Shown: positions 53,660-64,000 of the stretch, in pieces
Numbering within the stretch: the first letter of the stretch is position 1
How the letters are laid out: every line of letters starts with the position of its first letter
Origin: Legionellaceae bacterium
Lineage (GTDB): Bacteria > Pseudomonadota > Gammaproteobacteria > Legionellales > Legionellaceae
Assembly (NCBI GenBank): GCA_020831865.1
Contig: JAFIFT010000016.1
Span: forward strand, 22,780-86,779
Length of the DNA: 64,000 nucleotides
Direction of reading: 5' to 3'
Notes under the pieces: generated by a model
The model's database searches: none
Seen by the model: only the letters and a program-made list of their open reading frames with translations
What the model was told of the DNA's origin: nothing
Program-made: the position numbers and the translations under genes

Positions 53660-56482
53660 ATGAGTACATCCGATCTGCAAAAACAATGGGCGGAAGGATA
53701 TTTGTCCAGTGGTAACATGGCATATGTCGATGCTCTGTATGAAGATTATTTGCATAATCCCGATGCAGTAAGCGGAGACTGGCAAGAGCTTTTTGCCCAA
53801 TTACCAAGGGTCAACGGTCAGGACAAGGAACAACCGCATCGCGCAGTGGTGCAATATTTTTTGCAGCAAGCCAGCACGGGACACAAACCCGCAGTCCAGG
53901 GGGGGGATGATAAACAATATCGGGTCGCGCAATTATTAAATGCCTATCGCAGCCAGGGACATCATGCTGCCCGTCTCGATCCCTTGGAAATCAGCGAGCG
54001 CGAACCCGCCCCCAGCCTGCAATTAGACTATCATCAATTATCGGATGCGGATCTGGACCGTCCATTTATCGCCGGCTCCTATCTAGCCAAAGGCCCAATG
54101 CCGCTGCGCAATATTATCGATGCCCTGCAGCAAACCTATTGCAGCAGCATTGGGATTGAATACATGCACATTTCCAATAATGAAGAGCGGGAATGGTTAC
54201 AGGAAAAAATGGAAACCACCCGCGGTCGACCCCAGTACGATAGCCATAAACAAAAAGCGATACTCAAAGATTTGATTGCTGCCGATGGGCTGGAGCGCTA
54301 CTTTGGAACCCGTTATGTCGGGCAAAAGCGTTTCTCTCTGGAAGGGGGAGATGCGCTCATCCCGATGATGAAAGAAATCATCAATCGTGCCGGAGAGGTG
54401 AAGGTCAACGAAATTGTGGTAGGCATGGCTCACCGCGGCCGTTTAAATGTATTGGTTAATGTGTTAGGTAAAGAGCCCAGCCTGTTATTTGATGAATTTG
54501 AAGGAAAGGTCAAACAGGAACGCAGTGGCGATGTGAAATACCACATGGGGTTTTCCTCGGATTTAAAAACCGAATCCGGTGCTATTATCCATCTGGCACT
54601 GGCCTTTAACCCCTCGCATCTGGAAATTATTGGCCCGGTGATTGAGGGGTCAACCCGCTCGCGCCTGCGACGCCGACAAGACCTGGTTAAAAAAGACAAA
54701 GTCGTGCCGGTTATTTTACACGGTGATGCGGCGTTTGCTGGCCAGGGTGTGGTGATGGAAACCTTTAATTTTTCACAGGCACGCGGCTACAACACCGGCG
54801 GCACCGTCCATATTGTCATCAACAACCAAATTGGCTTTACCACCAGTAATCCTCTGGATGCCCGTTCTACGCTGTACTGCACGGATGTGGCTAAAATGGT
54901 GCAGGCTCCCATTATCCATGTGAATGGAGAAGATCCGGAGGCCGTCGTGTTTGTGACCCAGCTTGCCTTCGACTACCGTATGAAATTCAAGCGCGACATT
55001 GTGATCGATCTGGTCTGTTATCGCCGACATGGCCACAATGAAGCGGATGAACCGGCGGTTACCCAGCCCCTGATGTATCAGAAAATCAAAACCATGCAGC
55101 CACTGCGCGAAAGCTACGCCCGCCAACTCATCGAAAAAGGACTGTTATCGCAAGAAGAAACCGATGCCCTCGTGGAAGACTATCGCAATATTCTCGATAA
55201 AGGGCAGGCATTGGTGGAACAGGTGCATGGCGATTATGAGGGTAAAATTCATATTGACTGGTCTCCGTTCTTTCACGGGAAATGGACCGATGCCGTCACA
55301 ACCGCTATCAGCGCAGAAAGCGCCGAGCGACTGGCCACCGCCATCACCCGCATTCCTGAAGGATTTAACCTGCATCATGTCGCCAAACGTTTATTGCAGG
55401 AGCGCGAAAAAATGGGCCGTGGCGAGTTGGCGATGAATTGGGGCTTTGCCGAAACCATGGCCTACGCCAGTCTGCTCCAGGATGGCTATGGCGTGCGGAT
55501 TTCAGGGCAAGACAGCGGGCGGGGAACCTTCGCCCACCGTCATGCCGTCCTGCACGATGCGCAAAGCGGTGAGAGCTACAGCCCGCTGGATAAACTGGCG
55601 CTCAATAACATTCGTTCTTTTGTCGTCATTGACTCAGTGTTGTCCGAAGAAGCCGTCCTTGCCTTTGAATATGGCTATGCCGCCTCCGAACCGCATTCTC
55701 TTGTCATCTGGGAAGCCCAGTTTGGCGATTTTGTGAATGGCGCCCAGGTGGTGATTGATCAATTTATCAGTTCCGGTGAACAAAAATGGGGACGCTTGTG
55801 TGGCCTGGTCATGATGCTGCCGCATGGCTATGAAGGTCAGGGCCCCGAACATTCGTCAGCCCGCCTGGAACGCTTCATGCAGCTTTGCGCCGAACAAAAT
55901 ATGCAAGTTTGCACCCCTACCACGCCGGCGCAAATTTTCCATCTGCTGCGTCGCCAAATGATCAGAAACTACCGCAAGCCCTTAATTATTATGAGCCCGA
56001 AAAGCTTGCTGCGCCATAAACTGGCGGTATCACCCATGGAAGAATTAGTGAGCGGCGAATTCCATAACGTCATTCCCGAAACTGACCCGCTGGAGGCCAA
56101 GCAGGTTTCAACCGTTATCCTCTGCTGTGGCAAAGTCTATTATGACTTGCTGCAAAAACGGCGGGCAGATGAATTGAAGCATGTGGCTATTATCCGTATT
56201 GAGCAGCTCTATCCCTTCCCCAAAAAGGCGTTGCGAGAAGCGTTAGCCCCGTTTGTGAATGCCAAAGACCTGGTCTGGTGTCAGGAAGAGCCGCAAAACC
56301 AGGGAGTATGGTTCTCCTCACGACACAATATTCAGGATTGCCTGAGCGCAGAGCAGGTCTTGCGCTATGCCGGACGCGGTTCTGCTGCCGCGCCTGCCGT
56401 TGGCAGTCCCCTGCTCCATAATCGACAACAAGAAGCGCTGGTTCAACAGGCGCTGTATGGAGAGACGCCATCAACAAAATGA
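53660..56482 (+). CDS. sucA: 2-oxoglutarate dehydrogenase E1
   Basis: GMAHRGRLN, HGDAAFAGQG, RRHGHNEAD, GQGPEHSSAR. Start ATG 53660 after GGAGAG. Confidence 0.97.
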   Translation: MSTSDLQKQWAEGYLSSGNMAYVDALYEDYLHNPDAVSGDWQELFAQLPRVNGQDKEQPHRAVVQYFLQQASTGHKPAVQGGDDKQYRVAQLLNAYRSQGHHAARLDPLEISEREPAPSLQLDYHQLSDADLDRPFIAGSYLAKGPMPLRNIIDALQQTYCSSIGIEYMHISNNEEREWLQEKMETTRGRPQYDSHKQKAILKDLIAADGLERYFGTRYVGQKRFSLEGGDALIPMMKEIINRAGEVKVNEIVVGMAHRGRLNVLVNVLGKEPSLLFDEFEGKVKQERSGDVKYHMGFSSDLKTESGAIIHLALAFNPSHLEIIGPVIEGSTRSRLRRRQDLVKKDKVVPVILHGDAAFAGQGVVMETFNFSQARGYNTGGTVHIVINNQIGFTTSNPLDARSTLYCTDVAKMVQAPIIHVNGEDPEAVVFVTQLAFDYRMKFKRDIVIDLVCYRRHGHNEADEPAVTQPLMYQKIKTMQPLRESYARQLIEKGLLSQEETDALVEDYRNILDKGQALVEQVHGDYEGKIHIDWSPFFHGKWTDAVTTAISAESAERLATAITRIPEGFNLHHVAKRLLQEREKMGRGELAMNWGFAETMAYASLLQDGYGVRISGQDSGRGTFAHRHAVLHDAQSGESYSPLDKLALNNIRSFVVIDSVLSEEAVLAFEYGYAASEPHSLVIWEAQFGDFVNGAQVVIDQFISSGEQKWGRLCGLVMMLPHGYEGQGPEHSSARLERFMQLCAEQNMQVCTPTTPAQIFHLLRRQMIRNYRKPLIIMSPKSLLRHKLAVSPMEELVSGEFHNVIPETDPLEAKQVSTVILCCGKVYYDLLQKRRADELKHVAIIRIEQLYPFPKKALREALAPFVNAKDLVWCQEEPQNQGVWFSSRHNIQDCLSAEQVLRYAGRGSAAAPAVGSPLLHNRQQEALVQQALYGETPSTK

Positions 56483-56638
56483 TGCGGATTGAGACAAATT
56501 TTGCTATTGTATATAGCGATTGTACGCGCCCCCTCTACCACTGCCGGTGCGGCTCTGTTCGCCGCTCATCAGGGGTTCGAGCGGGGGAGCTGCTGTGCGG
56601 CTGTTTGAGAATATTGACCCAACAAGAAAGGTAAGCCC

Positions 56639-57874
56639 ATGTCCATAGAAGTGAAAGTACCGACACTGCCTGAATCCGTGGCTGATGCAACGATTGCCGC
56701 CTGGCATAAAAAAGTCGGGGATCCGGTCCGTCGCGACGAAAACCTGCTGGATCTGGAAACAGATAAAGTCGTCCTCGAAGTCCCTGCCCCGGCAGATGGT
56801 ATTTTGCAGGAAATTCTCTTCAATGAAGGGGATACCGTCGAAGCCCAACAACTGTTGGCCCGTATTGAAGAAACGGATGGTAAACAAAAAAAGGCGGCAG
56901 AGGCCTCACAAAGCACGGCAACAGAAAAAAGCAGTCCAGACGCGGACACACAGGGTGAGCAAGAGACATCAGCCAATACCGCCAGTCCCGCGGTACGTCG
57001 CCTGTTAGCCGAACATGATCTGGAAGCATCCCAGATTAGCGGTTCCGGCAAAGATGGCCGTTTGAATAAAGAAGATGTGATAGCCTTTATTGAAAAACAA
57101 CGCCAGCAGCGTCAACCAGAGAAAAAAAGCAGTAGCGCTGACAGCGCCAAAGCAAGCCCCCCAGCCCAGAGCGCTCGCGAGGAACGCCGCGTACCGATGA
57201 CGCGCATGCGCGCCAAAATTGCCGAACGTCTTCTGGATGCACAGCATAATGCAGCGATGTTAACGACTTTTAATGAAGTCAATCTGCAGGCTGTGATGGA
57301 TTTGCGCAAACAATACAAAGACAGCTTTGAAAAAAAACATGGGGTGAAGCTGGGCTTCATGTCCTTTTTTACCAAAGCCGTTATCGAATCCCTAAAACGC
57401 TTTCCTGCGGTGAATGCCTCCATTGATGGACAGGATATTGTCTACCACGGCTTTTATGATATCGGTATCGCCGTATCGACCGAACGCGGTTTGGTGGTGC
57501 CCGTCATTCGTGATGCCGATCAGAAAAGCCTGGCGGACATTGAAAAAGGAATCAGCGATGCGGCCAGCCGAGCCCGTGATGGCAAGCTGGCGCTGGAAGA
57601 AATGCAAGGTGGCACCTTTACCATTACCAATGGGGGTGTCTTTGGCTCCCTGCTGGCTACGCCGATTATCAATCCACCCCAAACCGGCATTCTCGGCATG
57701 CATAAGATTCAGGAACGGCCGGTTGCGGAAAAGGGCCAGATTGTCATCCGTCCCATGATGTACATTGCCCTTTCTTACGACCATCGTTTGATTGATGGGC
57801 GTGAGTCGGTGCAATTTTTAGTCAGCGTCAAAGAGTTACTGGAAGATCCCAGCCGTATGCTGCTAAATGTCTAA
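56639..57874 (+). CDS. sucB: Dihydrolipoamide succinyltransferase E2
   Basis: Lipoyl [10 protein letters not shown]3-binding domain, SYDHRLIDG. Confidence 0.97.
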   Translation: MSIEVKVPTLPESVADATIAAWHKKVGDPVRRDENLLDLETDKVVLEVPAPADGILQEILFNEGDTVEAQQLLARIEETDGKQKKAAEASQSTATEKSSPDADTQGEQETSANTASPAVRRLLAEHDLEASQISGSGKDGRLNKEDVIAFIEKQRQQRQPEKKSSSADSAKASPPAQSAREERRVPMTRMRAKIAERLLDAQHNAAMLTTFNEVNLQAVMDLRKQYKDSFEKKHGVKLGFMSFFTKAVIESLKRFPAVNASIDGQDIVYHGFYDIGIAVSTERGLVVPVIRDADQKSLADIEKGISDAASRARDGKLALEEMQGGTFTITNGGVFGSLLATPIINPPQTGILGMHKIQERPVAEKGQIVIRPMMYIALSYDHRLIDGRESVQFLVSVKELLEDPSRMLLNV

Positions 57875-57990
57875 GAATGTGGGGAAAATCCGGCTCAGCG
57901 GAACCCCGGTCAGTGGGGCATTAGCCCCGGGAAACCTCATTTGTTAACCGCAACAGCTGAAGCTGCTGCACTAAATTATAGGATTGATCC

Positions 57991-59154
57991 ATGAATCTGC
58001 ATGAATACCAAGCCAAAGAACTGTTTGTCCGTTATGGACTGCCCACCCCCAAGGGGGAAGTGGCTTATAATGTAGCCGATGCCATCCAGGTCGCAGGCAA
58101 GCTCAGCTCTGACCGTTATGTGGTGAAAGCTCAAGTCCATGCCGGTGGCCGTGGTAAAGCTGGTGGCGTGAAACTGGTAAGCAACAAAGAAGAACTGGCT
58201 CAGGCCGTACAAGGCATGCTGGGCAAGCGACTTATCACCTACCAAACCGATGCCAAGGGACAGCCTGTCAACGCCGTACTGGTTGAAGAAACCTGCGATA
58301 TCGAACGCGAACTCTATCTGGGGGCAGTGGTAGACCGTGCCACCCGCCGCGTCGTCATCATGGCATCCACCGAAGGTGGTGTTGAAATTGAAAAAGTGGC
58401 GGAAGAAACTCCGGAGAAAATAGTCAAGGTTATGGTCGATCCGATGCTGGGAGTCATGCCCTATCAATGCCGTGACACTGGCTTTAAGCTGGGATTAACC
58501 GCCTCGCAAATGCAAGCCTTCACCGCCTTGATGATGGGGCTGGGCCGTATGTTTGTGGACTGCGATTTAAGCCTGTTGGAAATCAATCCGCTAGTCGTCA
58601 CCAAACAAGGGGATCTGCTTTGCCTCGATGGCAAAATCAATATCGATGCCAACGCCCTGTACCGACAAACCCGTTTGAAAGAAATGCGCGATGCCAGCCA
58701 GGAAGATGAACGGGAAAATCGCGCCAGTGACTGGGATCTCAATTATATCCCCCTCGATGGCTCAATTGGCTGCATGGTCAATGGGGCCGGTCTGGCTATG
58801 GCGACCATGGATGTCATTAAATTGCATGGCGGCGAACCGGCAAACTTTCTCGATGTCGGCGGCGGCGCTACGAAAGAGCGCGTCACCGAAGCCTTCAAAA
58901 TTATTTTATCTGATGACAAAGTACAAGGCATCCTCATCAATATTTTTGGCGGTATTGTCCGCTGTGATTTAATTGCCGAGGGTATTTTAGCCGCCGTAGA
59001 AGAAGTGCAGGTGCAAATTCCCGTTGTCGTGCGCCTGGAAGGCAATAATGCTGCCCTGGGTGCCTCTATTCTGAATGACAGTAGCATGAACATTATCGCC
59101 GCTGACAGTTTAACGGATGCGGCCAAAAAAATAGTAGCGGCCATTGCGGTCTAA
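57991..59154 (+). CDS. sucC: Succinyl-CoA synthetase beta subunit
   Basis: [29 protein letters not shown]. Confidence 0.98.
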   Translation: MNLHEYQAKELFVRYGLPTPKGEVAYNVADAIQVAGKLSSDRYVVKAQVHAGGRGKAGGVKLVSNKEELAQAVQGMLGKRLITYQTDAKGQPVNAVLVEETCDIERELYLGAVVDRATRRVVIMASTEGGVEIEKVAEETPEKIVKVMVDPMLGVMPYQCRDTGFKLGLTASQMQAFTALMMGLGRMFVDCDLSLLEINPLVVTKQGDLLCLDGKINIDANALYRQTRLKEMRDASQEDERENRASDWDLNYIPLDGSIGCMVNGAGLAMATMDVIKLHGGEPANFLDVGGGATKERVTEAFKIILSDDKVQGILINIFGGIVRCDLIAEGILAAVEEVQVQIPVVVRLEGNNAALGASILNDSSMNIIAADSLTDAAKKIVAAIAV

Positions 59155-59217
59155 GACCATTTTGACGGCAGCCGCCGACCTTATGAGCGGCAGCTGCCCC
59201 CATGATTGAGGAAGAAA

Positions 59218-60102
59218 ATGAGTGTATTAATTAACAAAACAACCAAAGTACTGTGTCAGGGCTTTACGGGCAAACAAGGCAGCTACCACTCCGAACAGGC
59301 GATCGCCTACGGTACCCGCATGGTCGGCGGCGTCACCCCTGGCAAAGGCGGTCAACGCCACCTGGAACTACCGGTATTCAATACCATGCGTGAAGCCGTA
59401 GCCGAGACAGGCGCCACCGCTTCCGTTATTTATGTGCCGGCAGCCTATTGTAAAGACTCGATTCTGGAAGCGGCTGATGCCGGTATTGAGCTGATCGTCT
59501 GTATTACTGAAGGGGTGCCCGTACTGGATATGTTGCAGGTGAAAGTCTATCTGGAACACAACTCTAACGCGCGGCTGATTGGGCCCAATTGCCCTGGAAT
59601 CATTACGCCTGGCGAATGCAAAATTGGTATCATGCCGGGCATTATCCACCAGGCGGGCAAAGTGGGCATTGTCTCCCGCTCTGGCACGTTAACCTATGAG
59701 GCAGTAAAACAAACCACTGATGCCGGCTTTGGCCAAAGCACCTGTATCGGCATCGGCGGCGACCCTATTCCCGGCACCAGTTTCATTGATGCCCTGGCGT
59801 TGTTTGAGAATGACCCACAAACCGAAGCCATCATCATGGTGGGCGAAATTGGTGGTTCAGCAGAAGAAGAAGCCGCTGAATATATCCAGTCCAATGTCAG
59901 CAAACCGGTCGTTTCCTACATTGCCGGTGTTACTGCCCCGGCTGGAAAACGGATGGGGCACGCCGGCGCTATTATTTCCGGCGGCAAGGGCACGGCAGAG
60001 GAAAAATTTGCGGCACTGGAAAAAGCCGGAGTGAAAACAGTGCGTTCCCCGGCAGAGCTGGCACACGCCCTGTCTGAGGTCACGGGTTGGTCGATACCCT
60101 GA
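59218..60102 (+). CDS. sucD: Succinyl-CoA synthetase alpha subunit
   Basis: [28 protein letters not shown]. Confidence 0.98.
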   Translation: MSVLINKTTKVLCQGFTGKQGSYHSEQAIAYGTRMVGGVTPGKGGQRHLELPVFNTMREAVAETGATASVIYVPAAYCKDSILEAADAGIELIVCITEGVPVLDMLQVKVYLEHNSNARLIGPNCPGIITPGECKIGIMPGIIHQAGKVGIVSRSGTLTYEAVKQTTDAGFGQSTCIGIGGDPIPGTSFIDALALFENDPQTEAIIMVGEIGGSAEEEAAEYIQSNVSKPVVSYIAGVTAPAGKRMGHAGAIISGGKGTAEEKFAALEKAGVKTVRSPAELAHALSEVTGWSIP

Positions 60103-60328
60103 TGTTTCTGCCGGACCTTACTAGTCCGGCGCCCCCGACACCCCCTGTCGCATCGTCAACCTGCGGCCCCTGTGCCGCATCTCAGATGGGGTATTGGCAA
60201 TCCATCCCTCTGTGCGGGACCGTTTTGCCGATGACAAAGCGCAACGCGCCTGCTCTTTTCAGGCGGCAGAGGTACCCCGAATACCGGGCGTTCATAAAGA
60301 TTACGCTGCACGACACTGACATGGGATC

Positions 60329-61519
60329 ATGCGCATGAATCACTTAGGCTGGACTGAGCGGCAATGTGTTATTAAGCTGTTACCCCTGATGATCAGCATA
60401 TCCTTTGCCATGGATGTGTTTGTACCCTCCATCCCGCAAATGACCGTCTATTTTCAGGCCAGCAACCAGAGTATGCAGGCCAGTTTGTATTTATTTATGG
60501 GTACCGTAGCGTTGGGGCATCTGCTCATTGGACCTTTATCTGATTGCTACGGACGTCGCCCGATAGCCCTGCTCTCTGCCTTGCTGCTTTTCACCGGCTC
60601 ACTCTTGTCGGCACTCGCCATCTCCATTCCGCTGCTGCTCATCGCCCGGGTTCTGCAAGGCCTTGGAGCCTGCGGCACCTATTTGCTCTGCTTTATTGTG
60701 ATTCGTGATCATTACCAGACCCAGGTCTGTGGACGCCTGTTTAGTGTCTTAACTGGCATGAATTCGGTAATTGCCTGCAGCGCCCCCATCATAGGGGGGG
60801 TCTTGCTGGACTGGACACAGGACTGGCGCAGTGGCTTTTATTTTATGAGTATCTTGAGCCTCGTCATACTCGTGGCGGTACGCAGAAATATCCCTCATTA
60901 TCCGCAAGTGTTCGCCTCTCTATCGCTCGGCAAACTGATTGCGGGCTACCGCGATATTCTGCAGCATTCGCATTTTAGGCAATATACGCTCAGCGCTGCC
61001 ACCGGTCTGTTGGGGCTTTATCTTTTTTGCGCCCTGTCTCCTGACATTCTGATCCGCCAGCTCCACAACAGCGGCACACAGTATGGTCTTTGTTTTGGCT
61101 TGAATGCGTTCACCATGTTTGCTGCCAATCTGGTCGCTGTTCGCCTGACCCATCGCATCGCCCTGGAAGCCATTGTAAATATGGGGCTGACCATCATCGT
61201 ACTGGCAGCAGTCATGATGCTTCTGGTCAATAGCGCTGGCCCGCATACCCTCCGCTTTATGTTACCGATGCTTTGCCTGACCAGTGGGATTGGCCTGAGT
61301 ATGGGCTGTGCCATTGCTTTGGCTTTAAAAGACTTTGCCAGCAGGGCGGCACTGGCAACCGCTCTGGTCGGTGCAAGCCAGTTTGGCCTGGCAGGATTGG
61401 TCGGTTATGGCGTAGCCCAGCACAGCGCAAGCCCCATCAGCCTTGCCGGACCCGTTTTAGGCTGCGGCCTTATCAGCCTGCTGTGGAATATCAGGAACTC
61501 GCTGGTCTGGCACCGCTAG
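60329..61519 (+). CDS. MFS transporter, Bcr/CflA-like drug:H+ antiporter
   Basis: MDVFVPSIP, GPLSDCYGRRP (motif A), RVLQGLG, APIIGG. About 12 hydrophobic segments. Confidence 0.85.
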   Translation: MRMNHLGWTERQCVIKLLPLMISISFAMDVFVPSIPQMTVYFQASNQSMQASLYLFMGTVALGHLLIGPLSDCYGRRPIALLSALLLFTGSLLSALAISIPLLLIARVLQGLGACGTYLLCFIVIRDHYQTQVCGRLFSVLTGMNSVIACSAPIIGGVLLDWTQDWRSGFYFMSILSLVILVAVRRNIPHYPQVFASLSLGKLIAGYRDILQHSHFRQYTLSAATGLLGLYLFCALSPDILIRQLHNSGTQYGLCFGLNAFTMFAANLVAVRLTHRIALEAIVNMGLTIIVLAAVMMLLVNSAGPHTLRFMLPMLCLTSGIGLSMGCAIALALKDFASRAALATALVGASQFGLAGLVGYGVAQHSASPISLAGPVLGCGLISLLWNIRNSLVWHR

Positions 61520-61531
61520 GGAACGAAGGCC

Positions 61532-62449
61532 TCATGGCTGTTTTATCCTGTCATCAATGCACTGTTGTAATCCATCCAATAAGGCTACTTGAGGCTGCAG
61601 GCCAAATTGGCGCATTTTTTGGGCGGAACCCAGGGAATGCTTCACATCCGCCCTTCTTTCAGGCTGAAAATCTATTTGCAGTTTTTGCTTCATTAGCGAT
61701 GCGATGTGCTGTGCCAAAGCATGGATGCTGATAGCCTCTTCATTACATACATTGATAACGCCCCCTTCTTCGCTCACCATGCCCATGGCTTGTACCAGCG
61801 CAGAAACCACATCGGCAACAAAAATAAAATCACGAGTCTGCTGGCCATCGCCATATATTGTCACCGCCTTACCACGTGATAGATTATCAATAAATAAACT
61901 AATGACACCCGCATAGGGAGAATGCGGATTTTGGCGAGGCCCATAGACATTAAAAAAACGCAAGCCCATGACCGGTAAGGAATAATTTTTTGCCATAAAA
62001 TACGCATTAAGCTCCAGAGATAATTTATCGCACCCATAGGAAGAAATCGGTTGAATAAACATGTCTTCGCGCAAAGGAAGGCATTGTGTATTGCCATAAA
62101 CCGCGCAGGAAGACGCGTAGACTACCGGTATATTTCCTGCCAGGCAGCACAGTTTCAAGACATGCAAACCCGCCTGTAAATTAAGACGGTGCAAATCAAA
62201 CCACTGCTCCATTGACGTTATCACGGAGGGAATAGCGGCTAAGTGAAAACAGCCATCGATATTAGTAAAATAGGGCTTGATAGCCTCATAATTTCTAAGA
62301 TCGTCCTGAACCAACTGCGCCTTGGGATGGATATATTGTCCCACGGATAAATCATCTATCAGCAGTACCTGGTGACCTGCCTCAATCAAGCGATCGGTTA
62401 AATGCGAGCCAATAAAGCCGGCGCCACCGGTAACCATATATCTTGCCAT
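61532..62449 (-). CDS. NAD-dependent nucleotide-sugar epimerase/dehydratase (extended SDR)
   Basis: TGGAGFIGSH, HLAA, ASSCAVYG, YGCDK (YxxxK), RFFNVYGP, RDFIFV. Confidence 0.9.
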   Translation of the reverse strand: MARYMVTGGAGFIGSHLTDRLIEAGHQVLLIDDLSVGQYIHPKAQLVQDDLRNYEAIKPYFTNIDGCFHLAAIPSVITSMEQWFDLHRLNLQAGLHVLKLCCLAGNIPVVYASSCAVYGNTQCLPLREDMFIQPISSYGCDKLSLELNAYFMAKNYSLPVMGLRFFNVYGPRQNPHSPYAGVISLFIDNLSRGKAVTIYGDGQQTRDFIFVADVVSALVQAMGMVSEEGGVINVCNEEAISIHALAQHIASLMKQKLQIDFQPERRADVKHSLGSAQKMRQFGLQPQVALLDGLQQCIDDRIKQP

Positions 62450-62462
62450 ACATCATCCTTAT

Positions 62463-63836
62463 TTATAAAAGCTTGCCTTTGAATCTATTCCAGGCGTAAT
62501 GGAAGGTCGCGTACACACTGATGAGCACACGATACTGGCGAAAACCGCACATTTCGGCACTGGTCAACAATAACATCCATAGAATATTACTGACACGTTG
62601 GTACCGATTAAACGTAATAATACTGATAAAGGTATTCGCAACACTTAAGTAAGCCGCAAAACCCCAGGCTAAAATAATATACAATATTGCGGAAAGCGTA
62701 TCTAAAATACCAAAATAATAGGCTAAACCAACGGTAAAATAGGCCGTAAACTCGACATAAGGGGCCATGATTTCCAGTAGGATGTAAGCCGGAAAACCAA
62801 ATAAACCCTGAACTTTATACTTTGGATTGCAAAAAAGCACTCTGTTGCGCCATACGGAACGCAGTAATCCCCGCGTCCATTTATCACGCTGCAGAGCGAA
62901 TTCTTTGACATTGGCCGGCACATCCGTCCATACGACGGCCGCTGGCGTAAAGGCAATGGTATATTCTTGCGCCTGTTCTCGCATGATTTTTTGTAAGCGC
63001 ATAATCATCTCGCTATCCTGTGCAAAATTTCCGGCATCAAAACCGCCGGCATCCAGTACCCTTTGCCGATTAAAGACGGTGCCGGTTCCTGAATAACTCA
63101 TACTGCCACCAAAACTGTTCCAACCGGTGCGATTAAATAAATGCGATAACAGATATTCATTGGCTTGAATACCACTGGTATAACGATAAGGCACCAAGGA
63201 TTCCTTGACCACACCCTGCTCAACTTTACAGCCATTTAAAACATAGACGCCACAACCGATAGCCACTGGATTAATATTGGTAAATACTTCATACATGATG
63301 AGCGAGATGGCATGCGTATCAATCACCGAGTCAGAATCCAGGGTAAAAAAATAGGGGGTGAAACAGGCATTGATACCCGCATTAATCGCATCACCGGCAC
63401 CACCATTTTCTTTATCAAGAACCATCAGATTGGGGTGGGCTTTGGACACAAAGGCCCGCTTTACTGCTTTAGTTTTAATACTTGGGTTAATGATCACCGG
63501 CATTTCCTGGAGCTCAAATTTTTCCTGCAAAAAGGCAAGGCTATCATCGGTTGAACCGTCATTGACCAGCATGATATAAAGATTTTTATAGGTGGAATAC
63601 AGCGCACTTAACACCGTATCCAAGGCCAGTTCCCGCTCATTATACATCGGAATAATGAGCGTCACGCCTAACTGAATGTCCAGCTCCAAGGCTTCACTGT
63701 GATGTAAGTAGCGACTCAAATTAAAAAAATGTAGAATGCTGGGGAAAGAGCCAAACAGCAAAATAGTATAGATGATTGCAGAACCTATAAAATAGATTAA
63801 AATGCAAAAATTAATACTATAAATAAGATATTCCAT
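62463..63836 (-). CDS. Membrane-bound processive-type GT2 glycosyltransferase (PgaC/IcaA-like)
   Basis: N-terminal TM, IIPMYNE, VNDGSTD, LDSDS, AQD, QRDKW, C-terminal TMs. Confidence 0.88.
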   Translation of the reverse strand: MEYLIYSINFCILIYFIGSAIIYTILLFGSFPSILHFFNLSRYLHHSEALELDIQLGVTLIIPMYNERELALDTVLSALYSTYKNLYIMLVNDGSTDDSLAFLQEKFELQEMPVIINPSIKTKAVKRAFVSKAHPNLMVLDKENGGAGDAINAGINACFTPYFFTLDSDSVIDTHAISLIMYEVFTNINPVAIGCGVYVLNGCKVEQGVVKESLVPYRYTSGIQANEYLLSHLFNRTGWNSFGGSMSYSGTGTVFNRQRVLDAGGFDAGNFAQDSEMIMRLQKIMREQAQEYTIAFTPAAVVWTDVPANVKEFALQRDKWTRGLLRSVWRNRVLFCNPKYKVQGLFGFPAYILLEIMAPYVEFTAYFTVGLAYYFGILDTLSAILYIILAWGFAAYLSVANTFISIITFNRYQRVSNILWMLLLTSAEMCGFRQYRVLISVYATFHYAWNRFKGKLL

Positions 63837-63837
63837 G

Positions 63838-63999
63838 TCAATCGCTTTTTAATTGTTTGATTTTAAGGAAATATTCGGCATAATCACTCATGGCAGCCGA
63901 GATATTTTCTGCATCGTCTTGCAAGAGCTGAACACCTATGTCACCAAAGGCCGCCAATGCCTTGGCGGCTGATACTCTCACCCACCACACCGGATCGTT
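63838..63999 (-). CDS. HEAT-repeat protein, C-terminal fragment (runs off the window edge)
   Basis: Manual translation NDPVWWVRVSAAKALAAFGDIGVQLLQDDAENISAAMSDYAEYFLKIKQLKSD*. DPxWWVRxxAAxAL is a HEAT/PBS-lyase-type repeat. The stop lies 1 nt before the GT2 ATG. Confidence 0.7.
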   Translation of the reverse strand, partial: NDPVWWVRVSAAKALAAFGDIGVQLLQDDAENISAAMSDYAEYFLKIKQLKSD

Positions 64000-64000
64000 T

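Noticed and set aside
56483-59217. GC-rich hairpins in the sucA-B, sucB-C and sucC-D spacers as a REP/MITE family
   Set aside because: They share no consensus sequence, terminal repeats or target-site duplications.

Overview
Core chromosomal window of a Legionellaceae bacterium (inference from an lqsR orthologue, a PlaC-type GDSL enzyme, the tpiA-secG-tRNA-Leu-nuoA-N arrangement and the absence of dxr from the uppS-cdsA-rseP block). Housekeeping blocks dominate: dps/radA, serS-lpxA-fabZ-lpxD-skp-bamA-rseP-cdsA-uppS, gpmI-envC-ctpA, tRNA-fMet-rimP-nusA-infB-rbfA-truB-rpsO-pnp, nuoA-N, plaC-glmS and sdhCDAB-sucABCD. I saw no transposase, integrase, prophage gene or CRISPR array, and attTn7 downstream of glmS is empty. 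The most interesting points are: (1) an orphan lqsR with Asp108 and a CsrA-type RBS hairpin but no lqsA, hdeD or lqsS, next to a dienelactone hydrolase and a divergent aldonolactone-oxidase-like flavoprotein; (2) a family-4 uracil-DNA glycosylase with an N-terminal peptide resembling the N-terminus of DNA polymerase III psi; (3) a structured glmS 5' leader with an anti-SD and alternative pairings; (4) a HEAT-repeat / GT2 / epimerase polysaccharide locus at the right edge whose synthase has non-canonical motifs. All homology calls come from recognising motifs by eye. No searches or folding computations were run, and statements about L. pneumophila are recalled knowledge that needs checking.
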